Shown: one piece after another, positions 38,776-49,900 of the stretch | Position numbering within the stretch: the first letter of the stretch is position 1 | Layout of the letters: each line of letters begins with the position of its first letter | Assembly (NCBI GenBank): GCA_029717555.1 | Contig: JAMDHS010000011.1 | Span: forward strand, 62,001-126,000 | Length of the DNA stretch: 64,000 bases | Reading direction: 5' to 3' | From: Peribolospora baueri | Lineage: Eukaryota | Position numbers and translations under genes: made by a program | Notes under the pieces: model-generated | What the model was told of the DNA's origin: nothing | Databases searched by the model: none | The model's input: the letters and a program-made list of their open reading frames with translations, nothing else

Positions 38776-38785
38776 AGCCAATGAG
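38776..38785 (+). promoter_or_regulatory. CCAAT box in the divergent OMT/hemerythrin intergenic region
   Basis: AGCCAATGAG, ~200 bp upstream of the hemerythrin ATG. Confidence 0.35.
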
Positions 38786-38981
38786 ACGGATTCATCGTTT
38801 TCCATCTTGTAGCCCACCCACCTCAGCACTTCAGCAGACGACGAGAGAAAAGGCGGACGAGGCGGAGGGCGGCCGTAGAAGATGTAGTGGATGCCCACTC
38901 TCTTTCTACGCAACTCCATTCCCTGTCTTCCACCACCACCACCCTCGGCTGTCCCTGTTCACACCCCCAGACCTTCCCAGA

Positions 38982-40467
38982 ATGGCGCAAGTGCAGGACC
39001 CCCACACTGAGGTTGATGAAGCCGTGAGGCAAGGCTTCTCCTCCGACCAGAGCGTCAAGCGCGACCTGTTGGACGACATCAAGTTGTGAGTAATGCGTGC
39101 GACAAAGAGGGCCGGACAGGATGGATGGTTGTCCATGCACTGCACTCGGACCGAGACACCTTTGCAGACCCGGTCTCATCCATCACGGCCCTGTGCCGCC
39201 GTCTTCGGATGGCTTCGACAGCAACATGATCCGCGCCCACGATGGCCTCCAACGCGGTTACCACAGCATCATGAAGGTGCGCCCGGTCGCTTGAAGCGCA
39301 ACAGCCTCGCCCGACGCCCCCCCTTCACCCTGCCCCTTTCTTTCCTCTCTCTCTCCGCCCCTTCTCGCAGCAAATTGACGATGATCACTCCGGAGACATC
39401 TATAACTGGCGTGAGCGCTTGCGCTGACAGTCGTTCAGCATCAGGCTACTTCTCTCTCGCTCACCTGCCATCCTTTTTTTTTCGGCTCCTGCATCATAGT
39501 CGGCTACGTCGGGGCGTGGACTCACGTGCTGGAGCACCACCACACCTCGGAAGAACAAATCTTCTTCCCCTTTCTCAACACCATGCTCGACTTTTCGGAA
39601 GAAGAGGCACAGCACAAGGTCATCCACGACGGTATATATGATATCAACGCTTACATCACGGAGATTGTCAATAACAAGGGTCAGGGATACGATCCTGCCG
39701 TGCTCAAGTGAGTTTTTGAACCGTCTATGACGCCCTCTTCCAATGTTCTCATCCATCCTCGTCCATTTTCACCTTCTTCCACCTAGGAGCAAGCTCGAAT
39801 CTATCCATACCTTCCTCTTCGAGCATCTCCGAAAGGAGGTAAACCATCTGAGGTATGTGCTGTCTGGAACGTCAACTAGCCGGGACGATGTGCTGACCGT
39901 TTCCCTTTTCTTCTCATCTCCCCGACTCGATCCCACTCGGCCCTTCTTCAGCCGGGACAACCTGAGCATCTTTGACCAGGAGAAGCTTGGGGCCATGTGG
40001 CGAGAGCTGGAGGAGTACGCCAAGGGACACGGGGTCCCTTTCCTCACCTTGCCTTTCATGCGAGCGTGAGATTTTTTTTCTCGCCTTTCACGCCACCCGA
40101 TCGTCGGACGGTGAACGGCAGCCGCTCATCTGTCCTCCTCCGTTCTGGACAGTCATACCCCGCCCGAGTTCAAATGGTGGCCTGAGGTACGTTGTCGAAC
40201 GGAGAGTTTCGGGTAATCTGGTGCAGCTCTGCCCGGCCCAGCCCTGCCCTGCTCTTATCCCGCGATCGTGCCTCTTGACATCTTTACTTGCAGCTTCCCT
40301 GGATTGTCTCTCAAGTCTTGGTGAGGTATCTGAGCACTTCGCCCGTGCTCGCTTACAGAAGGCTCAGAACTGACAAAAGGATCCCCTCGCCACTTGTACA
40401 GGTGCCTTATGTCTTTGCGATGAGGCACTACGGCTACTGGAAGTATGCTCCCTTCTCGGTGTCCTGA
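38982..40467 (+). CDS. Hemerythrin/HHE cation-binding domain protein, 9 exons, intact
   Basis: The spliced product has MIRAHDGLQRGY, LEHHHTSEEQIFFP, EAQHKVIH and FEHLRKEV, and ends ...RHYGYWKYAPFSVS*. All eight GT-AG introns keep the frame. Confidence 0.85.
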
Positions 40468-40585
40468 GCGTTCTCCGAAGAGAAACGAGGACGTGCGCCG
40501 CTCCGCCCCGTGCTTTCTCTTCTATCTGGATCCTATTTTCGTCTTCGTTCGTTCGTCTGCTATTCGTTTCTCTCGCTGCTGGGAC

Positions 40586-40862
40586 TGTAGGAGACTAGTT
40601 CCAACATACCTTAGATGGGAACGCCCACACTTACCGACCGTATCCCTCGGCCCGATTCCGTGTAACGGTGTGAGTGACCCGATCACCTTGGCCACGTGGC
40701 CGACCCTGTGGGAATCGCCTGTACGGTAGTCATCTCCCGCCGCCGGGGCGCTCGTCTTGGAGGAAACACCTTTTGCACATACCTTATTCTGTTATATGGC
40801 GACGCCTGGATTCGTTACATCCTCATCGACATAGCGGTCCCCAAGCCGCCGCTTCCACAACA
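40586..40862 (+). mobile_element. Putative LTR (277 bp, TGT...ACA) of a retrotransposon remnant
   Basis: Starts TGTAG, ends ...ACAACA and lies ~105 bp before a gag-like ATG (40968). No second copy was found in the window. Confidence 0.4.
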
Positions 40863-40967
40863 GTTTTAAGGTCTTTGCAGGGGTCGGCACCCAGCCTCAC
40901 GGGTCCTGTTCTTCTGTTTTTTCTAACAATTCTCGCCCACCTCCTTCCGGTCGCTACGCCCCTCAAC

Positions 40968-41960
40968 ATGGCTTCCGCCCCTCCCCATAAACGCTCTCCC
41001 CCCCTTTCACCTTCCCCCTCTCGACGCTCGCCTTCTCCCTCCACCCCCTCATCCGCCCCCCCCCTTCACGGAAGGACCGCGTGAACCAACTCATCTCCTC
41101 CGCTTTGGCCACCGCCTTCGCGCAGGACCGCGAGCAGCGCCGCCTCGAGCGCGAACGTCGTCGTGCTAGCAGGGACGACACGGATCGGGCCGGCCACGAC
41201 GCCGTTCTTGGGACGCCGCGTCGCGCCTTCGCCGACGACGACCACTCTTCCGACTCGAATTCCGATGGTCTTTCCCCCGCCTTTCGCTCGCTTCGCCTCA
41301 GTGACCGCTCCACCCCCGTCTCTCGTTTCGTGAGCGCCGCCGACATCGGCCATTACTACCCTGCCTCCGTCAACTTCCGCTCCTGGCTGCGACGCGTCGA
41401 GGTCCTCTGCGAGCTCGACGAGGACGATCCCACTTACGTGCACGCCATCCTCCGCGAACTTCCGTTTTGCATGGCGGGCGCCGCGGGCGTCTGGTACTTG
41501 AATCTCTGGGCGCCGATGGCGGAGAGCAAGGCAGGCCCCCAACTAATTTTTTGACCCGGAGCGATCCCAGTCAAGGAAGTAGATGGAAGCCGTGGACGGA
41601 TAGGCCGATGTGTCCACGTAGTCGCCGTCGGTGTCGGCGGACAAGGCGGGTCGACGAGCAGCGCGATAGATCGGCTCCAGCAGCTTGAGCTCTCGAAGAA
41701 GGGCGGAGAGACGCGGCTTGAACTCCAGAGAGGCCCGAATGTGAAGCTGGAAGTCCGCCGGGAGGCCCAGGTGGATTTGGCGGACCAAGTAACCGTCGGA
41801 GGCGTCGGGAACGACGTTGCGAAGGAGCTGCAACTTGTCGTAAGAGTACGTGATGACGTCCTCCGAATGTACCTGCCACGTACGCTGTTCAACGGCGTCC
41901 CGCGCCTTTGCCGCGGGCCGCTCGCGAGCCGCACCCGGAGGCGACTCCCCCTCCCCAAGC
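40968..41960. mobile_element. Degenerate LTR-retrotransposon gag: N-terminal half on +, C-terminal half inverted on -
   Basis: The + strand reads ADIGHYYPASVNFRSWLRRVE...ELPFCMAGAAGVWYLNL. The - strand reads ARDAVEQRTWQVHSEDVITYSYDKLQLLR...LVRQIHLGLPADFQ, ending TCA AAA AAT TAG. There is a frameshift at the C-run near 41056-41064. Confidence 0.65.
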
Positions 41961-42596
41961 CAGGCCCCTTCCATCACCGTCTCTCCCCTCTGATCCATCC
42001 CCAATCCACATTCCTATCCCCGCCCCTCTTTCCTTTCTCGCTACTTCTCATCCGACCGCTTCGGCCCTCAACGTTACGCCGCCTCTTTTCACGTCTCCTT
42101 CCCGTCCCCAGAAACTCCGCACCTGACTCCTCTCGCCCAGCCAACCCGACGCCGCGCTGACCATGAAATCCTCGCTCTTCTCTGTGACCTAGCTGTGCAG
42201 ACGTACGCTTGAGGCAGACCGGCTTTGCTTCTTCCTACGCCACCGAGTTTTTCCGCTTGGCGGCACACCTCCGGTGGAACGACGCCTCCCTCGCCGCCCG
42301 GTTCTACGAGGGCCTAAAACCGAAGTCAAGGATGCCCTAGCCATCAGCAACCAGGACCACGGGGACGAGGTGCGCGTCCTCGCCGACCTTGCGACGTGCT
42401 TCGACAACCGACTCTTCGAGCGTCGTCTGGAGGAGCGCAGGGCACCCGCCCGCGCAGCTTTCGCCCGGCCCGTTCCATTCCGGGCCACCCCAGCCCCGAC
42501 TTGGCAGCCCGCCGCGGCCGCCCCCAGAACCCCGACAGTTCAGCCTTCGCCTGGCCCCGTCCCCATGGACGTCGACGGCAACCGCCCGCGCTTCCA

Positions 42597-42993
42597 GCCC
42601 CTGTCTCCAGCGGAGCGCCAGCGCTGGCTCGCACACAATCTGTGCCTCTGCTGCGGCCGGCCCGGCCCTCGAATCCCGTCGTGCCCCGACAAGGCGGCAC
42701 GCCCACTCCAAGGCGCTGAGGCCGCCACCTCGGAAACACTCTTCCAGCAGGGAAAAGAGGAGGCCCATCAGCAGGAGGGAAAAGAGGAGGCATCTACGCC
42801 TGGAAGCGCCCCTGTCTCCAGCGGAGCGCCAGCGTCGGCTCGCACACCGCCTGTGCCTTTACTGCGGCCGGCCCGGCCATCAAATTCAGTCGTGCCCCGA
42901 CAAGGCGCTGAGGTCGACTTCTCGGAGATACTCTTCCAACAGGGAAAAGAGGAGGCCCATCAGCAGGAGGGAAAAGAGGAGGCCCAGGCGTAG
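42597..42993 (+). repeat. Imperfect tandem duplication (~190 bp; copies start at 42597 and 42808)
   Basis: Both copies start gcccctgtctccagcggagcgccagcg and end cagggaaaagaggaggcccatcagcaggagggaaaagaggaggc. Confidence 0.9.
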
Positions 42994-43041
42994 ATGCCTC
43001 CTCTTTTCCCTCCTGGAGGAGTATCTCCGAGAAGTCGGCCT
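42772..43041. repeat. Overlapping inverted repeats: perfect 32 bp (42772-42803 / 42984-43015) and 42-of-46 bp (42911-42956 / 42996-43041)
   Basis: Direct reverse-complement comparison of the arms. Confidence 0.9.
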
Positions 43042-44110
43042 ATCCCTCTTCGTTTGCTAGTGTCTGCGCTTGCTCTGACGCGCCTGGCACCCTTTTCCTT
43101 TTCTTTTTTACCCACGTTTTATCTTGGCCTCTTTCTTTCTTTCCCTTTTCCAGTCTACCTCCTTATGTTTGATGCGCTGCCTCTGCTCTTCGGCATCAGC
43201 ATTTGGGCTTTTGTCTTGCCTCATCTACTTGACGAGACGGAAGGGATCTGCTTCCCGGGCGCTGGATACGCGCTCCCAGCGCACCGCTTCGACTCTAGCT
43301 GTTTGATCAAGTCGGAAGAAGTCCGGTAGAAAGTGAAGGGTACGGTGAAACGATTGACGACTATCGAAACTCATGAAAACAGCAGAGGTGCTGCTGGTCA
43401 CCGCTTCTTTATGGTAGGCTTGCGTTTCAGGACATTACATACATGCTTTCAGGTTCGGACCTTTTGTTGTATTCAGCTCCCGCTCCCCGTTCCGTCCCTA
43501 GCATGATCGCATGACAGCCCGGGATGTAATGCATAGAAGAAACAGCGTGTACCTAGAAGTCGATATATTTTTCCTATCTGCTGAATGGACAGGCAGTCGG
43601 TTCTATAAGGAAGCGATAAGGGGATCACTATAGTGGATTAATAGTGCAGAGGCGCGAGAGACAACCGCCGATGTTGGCGGCCTACCCTCCCACCTCCGCA
43701 AAACGACTACTGCTAGCACCCGTCGACCTCCCACTCTCGACGGACTTCATGCTCGTCTTTACCATGTAACGTGCTTGTTTTCATCGTCCAACAGTGGGCG
43801 AGCATACAGAAATGGTTACAATCTTGGTTCACACGCATTTCCGGTCGGTTTGGAGCAATCCAGCGCCGATAGAAAGGCGAAGCAGTGCAAGAGCAAAATG
43901 ACGACGGAGATGGTCGCCTTTTCATGGTACTACAGCGGCTCAGTATATCCCGCTTACGAAACCTTCCGCGGTTATGTCTCCTGCCCTTGCCTGCCTGATG
44001 TCAAAAAAGCAAACTCATTCTCAGTGTTACAAAGAACTCCGCATTAGGCGAAAGTGGGGTTCCTAGACTCCAATCCCTAAACGTCCATACTACACGCGAA
44101 ACAAAAATGA

Positions 44111-46574
44111 TCACGACCCATTGCCCACGAACGGATTCTGAAGGCAGTCGCCCCAAGTATCCGGCGTGTCGAGCATGGTGGTCCACTCCTGCGATCCAAA
44201 AATGTCGTCGAGCATCTGGTCGAGCGGCATGCCGCGGTAAACTCTCACGTCCTGTTACAGCGCCTGAGTTCGTGTTTGATGACTCCAGTCAGTTGGAGAC
44301 GATTGCGACGCTGAGAAGACCTCTCCCGGTGCCCGATCGATGCCTTCGACGCAGCTTCCTTTCCAGGCGCTGGAAACCGGAATGGACGTGGAGTCGCCGT
44401 CGGATGCGGAGGCTCGGCCCATAGAACGGCTCACACTATGATCCATCTGTGGGGGCGTTTCTCGAACAAGCTGAGAGCCGTCCAATGTGGCTTCCGCAGG
44501 GAGAGAAGGGGCCACCCGGCGGATCCCCCTCCCCGCCACGGTATTCCGCCACCCTATGATCGTGTCAAGCATGGACTTTACAATCGTCGCGCTCGTGGTC
44601 GGTATGCTACCTGTCCGACGGTACAGTTGGGATCCATCGCTTGCAAGCAGTCGGATGCATTGCGCAGGATAAGCAGGAACGAGTCCGAGCGCCGGGGGGG
44701 TGCTGCCCAGTGCCTCAGGACGGTTGTGTGCATCTCTGTGATGGTCATCGCCGCCTCCACCACGTACGCGCATGTGACGAAGGTGGGAAACGCTTACGCA
44801 TGCATAGACGTCGTCAGTCAACGACCCTGGTGGAGTCGTTCTGACCGTGTCTCGTGAGGCCAGTCAACGCGCCACCTTGTTGGGATCGAGGTTTACCAGC
44901 TTCGTCAAGATATTCTCGCTCGTCTCCATGCGCTTCTCGCCGTACTTGGGGACGAAAGAATATGCTCGTCAGTCTTGGGGTTCGGCCCGACTCCGACACA
45001 AAGAAAAATTTCCGTTACGCACTAAAAGACTTCTGCCGCTTTTCTTGTAGGACCTCCATCTCACGCTCCCATGCGTCCAGCATCTCCGACGCCATCGCTA
45101 ACCTTTCCGGCTCCGCCTTGACGTCACCCACATTGCGCACCCTGTGCCACCATTTGAGGTGATTTTGGAGCGAGCATATGAGGTTCGCAAGCCCGAGACG
45201 GCCGATAGCACGTACGGAAAGATCTTCACTGGGCGGCACGCCATCCGCTGGGAGGCTAAGCGGACCGATCCCTGGTGACGCAGGCGGCACGTCTTCCACA
45301 AAGTCGTCCGAAAATGCAGAGCAGCACTGCCATGCGCAAAGGCTGTACCAGAGACTCGCATCGTTCAACGCTTCGTCAATCATGTCGCTGCTCTTCCGTG
45401 GAGGATGGCGTTCCCCCAAGGCGAAGCTGTGCTAACCGAGCAGGTGCTAGGTGGAGGGAGAGGGATCGTGCAATACGATTTGCAGCACCGAGAAGGCTGA
45501 TACCGCAAGGAACATCTGCATTAGACGGACATCCGTTTGGAGAGGGTATTGGTTTGAGAAGCGGGTATATCGCGAGCAGTTCCAGTGCTTGCACACCGTG
45601 TACGCTCCGCGACGATGTGAGTAGCACCCCTACTAGATCCCGACGGATCTGCGCCGTAAGAGATTTCAGCAGCGCTGAGCACGTCGTTGCACATTGGAGG
45701 TGTTTCAACGCCACAAAGTATATGCTGGAGAGCAGAAGCGACCTATGTATTGTCGGGTGTAAATGGTACTGAGCTCGCAGGACGGCCGGACGAGGAAGAT
45801 GCGGAAGCCAAAGGACGATGGTCCTCACACCTGGTGGATAGGTGAGCAATTATATGTTTTATCTGAAATAAAAATTGTCTTGACATGCAAAGGGAATGGG
45901 AATACGACTCCTCACCGCTGACCAAGCCGTACGCTCATTTCCTCGTCGACCAAGGCACAGACATCCCTTGCAGGAATCGCTTGCACGGTGTCCCCCAGTT
46001 CATCGTGTGAGCTGAATCCAGGTTGCCGTACGGCCAGCTCTGAAAGAAGGGTAAAAACCCGCCTTCCGGTCTGAAATTTGTGCAACAGACTCTGGATGCT
46101 TCTCAGATTGCGAGGCGCCGCAACGGTCACCCGTGCTGTTTCATCGTTAGGCTGGATAATGGTCCTGTCCAAAAGGCGTGCCTCGTTACCGTAAAGCGTC
46201 AAGTTGTGAGACAGCTTCTCATTTTCCTCTCCATCGTCGAGCAGTTGTGTTGTGCGTTCGCGAGAAGAAACAGGTCGCAACGTCGAACTCGTTGGATCGC
46301 TCGGTAATCCTCGGCTCATGCTGGTTGCTTGACTACCGACAAATGACGTGAACTGTGCATGTCTGGAGAGCCTGTCTTGCCTTTTACGCTTTTTGTTGTC
46401 ATCAGAGATTACACATGGTAGTCGAAGCGTCCTGCAGCGATGGCAACTTTTCTCCGTCGGGAGTGCCTCCTCGTTTGATGGGACAGTGAGATCAGGAAGC
46501 TCGCATCTTGTCTTTCGCTGTTGGCACATGCGGCAAGATCGCCTAGCATGGGTCCGATGCGGACGATTTGACAT
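44111..46574 (-). pseudogene. Zn(II)2Cys6 fungal transcription factor, probable pseudogene
   Basis: The Zn cluster CRMCQQRKTRCELPD...CHRCRTLRLPC is intact, followed by a middle-homology-like region (SVHGVQALELLAIY, ASLWYSLCAW). Frame breaks without usable introns occur near 45380-45420 and ~44600. An in-frame TAA at 44255-44257 is followed by an acidic tail ending at 44111. Confidence 0.7.
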
Positions 46575-46906
46575 CGTTGCCGCCGATGCTGAAGATGTGC
46601 AAGCGCCGTGGAGGACGGGAAGACGGAGAGTCGCGAGCTCACTCATGTCATCGTGCAACGCATCACGTGCACAATGGTCCGGTGCGTTCATTATCTGGGG
46701 GCTCACAAGAAAGGGCCAGATGGAAAAGGAATGACAAGCTCGATGCTCCATACCCGTTCACTCGATCGTCGCCCTTTACTTCTTGCTTGCTCGAGCACGA
46801 AGTATCAAAGTCGAGGTGAGGATTGATGGAGAAACGAAATCGATACAGGCTAAAATAGACAAGAGACGACACCAGCTTCATCAAGGTTCCCCGCCTAGGA
46901 CATCCA

Positions 46907-49900
46907 TCAGAAAGCCTGCGCAAACCGTGGCACAGCGCTGATTGAAGGCTCAGGCAAAGTTTCATTGAGCGTTTGGTTGGACCGAGATGCAGCGACCCCA
47001 ACGGCAGCAAGAGCAGCCGCGCCAGGAGGCCGCTTCACGGGCCATGAGCCATCTTGGAATTTGACTGATGCGTTACCCGTCTTGGGAGGAGCAGGAGAAG
47101 GAAGGACGTCGGTGCCGTTGTCGTCCTCCCTTCCAGAGTCCCCGTCTGCTGCCACGCGGACACCTGCTCCCATTGGACTTTCCGCATCCGCACCTAACCC
47201 GGCACCCACGCGGATTCCAGCAGATTGCTCCCCACTGTTCCTGTTCCAAGGAGGCTTGATCAGACCTCTGCTGTTCGCGCCCCCAGCCGCAATTTCACCG
47301 CCGACCTGGATGACCCTTGTAACGCTAAAGGTACCCCCACCGCTGCTCTCATCGGAAGAAGAGGGAGGAGAAGCTCCATCGGATGCTGCCCTAAGAGTGC
47401 CAGCTGCGCGCTCCCAACTGCTCTCCTTCCGATCCGCTCCTCCATCCTTCCAAAGATCGCTTTTGCTGCTCAATCTCTCGATGGGCATGCGCATGGCTTC
47501 CGTAAAGTTGTTTGTCTCCGGCATTCTCGTCGTGACTGCGGCCACGGTTATCTCCTCCACTTCGCCTCGCTGCCGCCGCCGAAGACGGGGGTTTTGAATG
47601 TGGAGGGTGCCCTCGAAGGGAAAAGGATGGACTTGGGCGGAGCGGTGGGTAAGATGATGGCGATCCTTGTAGCCGCCTGAGAGGTGGATGCCGACGTCGG
47701 CGTCCCGTCTCCCCATCGATCGTCCCCTATCTCGTTCCCACTACTGCTCTCGCTCCGATCGCCTTTCGACGTCCCGCTGGCTTTAGCATTTCGTCCGTCG
47801 CCGGCCATGTCGAATGCTGTCCCGCTCCCTTCCGTTCGAACCGGCGATGCAGGCGGCGATGCTGGATGCTCTCGCCCCGCGCCGAGCCCGACGCCGATCC
47901 GACTCCTGGCAGCGTTCGTGACCGCCTCCACTTTGTCCGCAATGGAAGATCGCGTGGTCGGCCCGAGTTCCTCCACGTCGCCATCGCCGGGATCACTCGG
48001 TGTTTGACTAATAATCACGTCCGAACGCAACTTGTCTCGCGCGGGCATCGACACAACCACGATTGGCGCAGGCGCCAGCACCGTCCTTCCTGAAAGGCTG
48101 ACCATCATTCGTCGCGGCTCGGTCGATGCGTTTCGCGCGGTGGACGGGACGACCGTCTGAGACTGGCGTGAGACAGCTGATGGCCTGCTCGGGGCAGAAT
48201 CGGAGGTAGGTGGAAAATTCTCCGAGGTCGCGAAGCGGTGAAGAGAGGAGCGGGGAAGGAAATGCATTGGAACGATAGGCGTGACGGTGTGGTTGAAGTA
48301 GACTTTCAGCGCGCATATGTGGGACCAACAGGGGCTCATGTCAGACGGGCCTCCAACGCCGTTGTCAGACAGGATGGATTGAAGCGCAGGAAGAAGACTC
48401 ACTAAGGACAATCACGACGGCCAGTCCCTGAGGAACGAACCAGGTAAAAAGCGAGCCCTTGCCAATGTCCGCAGGAAAGCTGACACCGAGCAAGGCCAGC
48501 AGGCTCGAAGCGCGCAACACGGAGAGGTTGTGCTCCGCTCGGATGGTCCTCGCTGACCGCGACGTCCACGTCCACGCAGAGGCGGCGCGAGCCGATGCTC
48601 CTCCTTTCACCTCCGTCTCCATCGCCGTGGAGGTACCGCGAAGGCAGTCCATGAGAGGAACCGACGCCGTTGGCCAGAGCACGCCCCACGCGCAGGCGGA
48701 CCAGCTCCGAGCGTCCTTCCTTGCCCTCGCCGTGCCCTTCTCATCAGAAACTCCATTCGGCATCTGCATCCTCTTAGCCTTGTTGCTCGCCCTCCACCTG
48801 ATGATCAACCTGCCGAGAAGGTACAGCGCGAGCGCCACATCCAGTGCGGAGGTGATGGCGTTGGAAAGTACAGGCCGTCTCTGCAAGCACAGCGAAGGCG
48901 TATCGGAAGGAAAAGCCACATTGGGAGAGCTTGAGCAAGAAGGGGAGGAAGAAGAGGAAGTGGCAGCGGAAGAGGCGGAAAAGGAGGACAGAGCGGCGGA
49001 GATGTTGAAAGAGGAGGGCTGGTAGATGGTCGCCGAGAGAAGACTTCCGAGGGGAACTATAACCCCTACCGACGTTGCTGCTACAACAACTGTCAGGGCT
49101 GTGCAGTGCCATTCATCATGGTGCGGAACAAAGCTGCGAGTGAGCAGATAGCGCAAACACTATCCAAATCATATCCCCTTTCTTGGAGTGCAAAACTAGA
49201 TTGGGAATAGCAGGAAAGGACAACGATCACAACGTACAACCTCTCACCTAGTCGAACTGCAACGGCGGTCAAAGTGAGCCAGAGCTCCCATCGTTTCCCT
49301 CCGAGCTGCTGAAGCTCGAAAACAAGCTTGAGCGCCGCGGATATGCGAAGTAGCGAGTTTGCAATCGTCATCCAGGCCGTCAGAAAGGCTGTAAATCAGC
49401 GAAAGCAGACAGGGAACGACATCATCAGCCTCGGTCCTCTGGGCTTGAGTTATCGTCGCCTAGAAGTGCTCCATCGATCTGCCGACCTGCCACACCCCGG
49501 CAATTCTGGAGAACATTCCCCAAACCGGACTCACCACACCCCGCAAACCCAGTAGGATTGTAAGCGAGCAACGTGCCAAAGCTGGCCACAGCAAACGCGA
49601 ACGCGGCGAGATCGAGCACGGTCACGACGTGGAAGGGATCGCGCGTTGTCTTGGCGCGCACAAGTGGGATCGACACCATCCCGTACATGACTGAGGAGCC
49701 GATGCTGGAGAGATAGATGGAGCAAAGAGTCGCTTTCTCTGAGCTTCCTACAAGGCCCGCATCCCTTTGAAGCGGCCGTGCAAAGGATGGCCCATCGACA
49801 TCGTCATCGTCCGTAGGCGATCGCTGAAACAAAGAAGTCGATTTGCGGTGGGCATTGCGCTCTAGATTGGCCAAGGCGAGCTGAAGCTCTCTTGTGCGCG

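Larger units (their letters stand above)
42240..43041 (+). mobile_element. Ty3/Gypsy gag C-terminal remnant with duplicated zinc knuckle; no pol
   Basis: EFFRLAAHLRWNDASLAARFYEGLK, then a frameshift, then EVKDAL...FDNRLFERR...PVPMDVD...LSPAERQR..AHNLCLCCGRPG. The second copy reads CLYCGRPGHQIQSCP (CX2CX4HX4C). GGGAAAA heptamers precede the stop. Confidence 0.8.

Noticed and set aside
42730..42990. Four-copy GGGAAAAGAGGAGGC motif as a CRISPR-like array
   Set aside because: Eukaryotic context, irregular spacing and duplicated spacers; explained by the gag duplication.
42597..42990. RIP-like hypermutation between the duplicated copies
   Set aside because: The differences inspected in the knuckle are mainly A/C and A/G changes, not a directional C-to-T pattern, and the region remains GC-rich.
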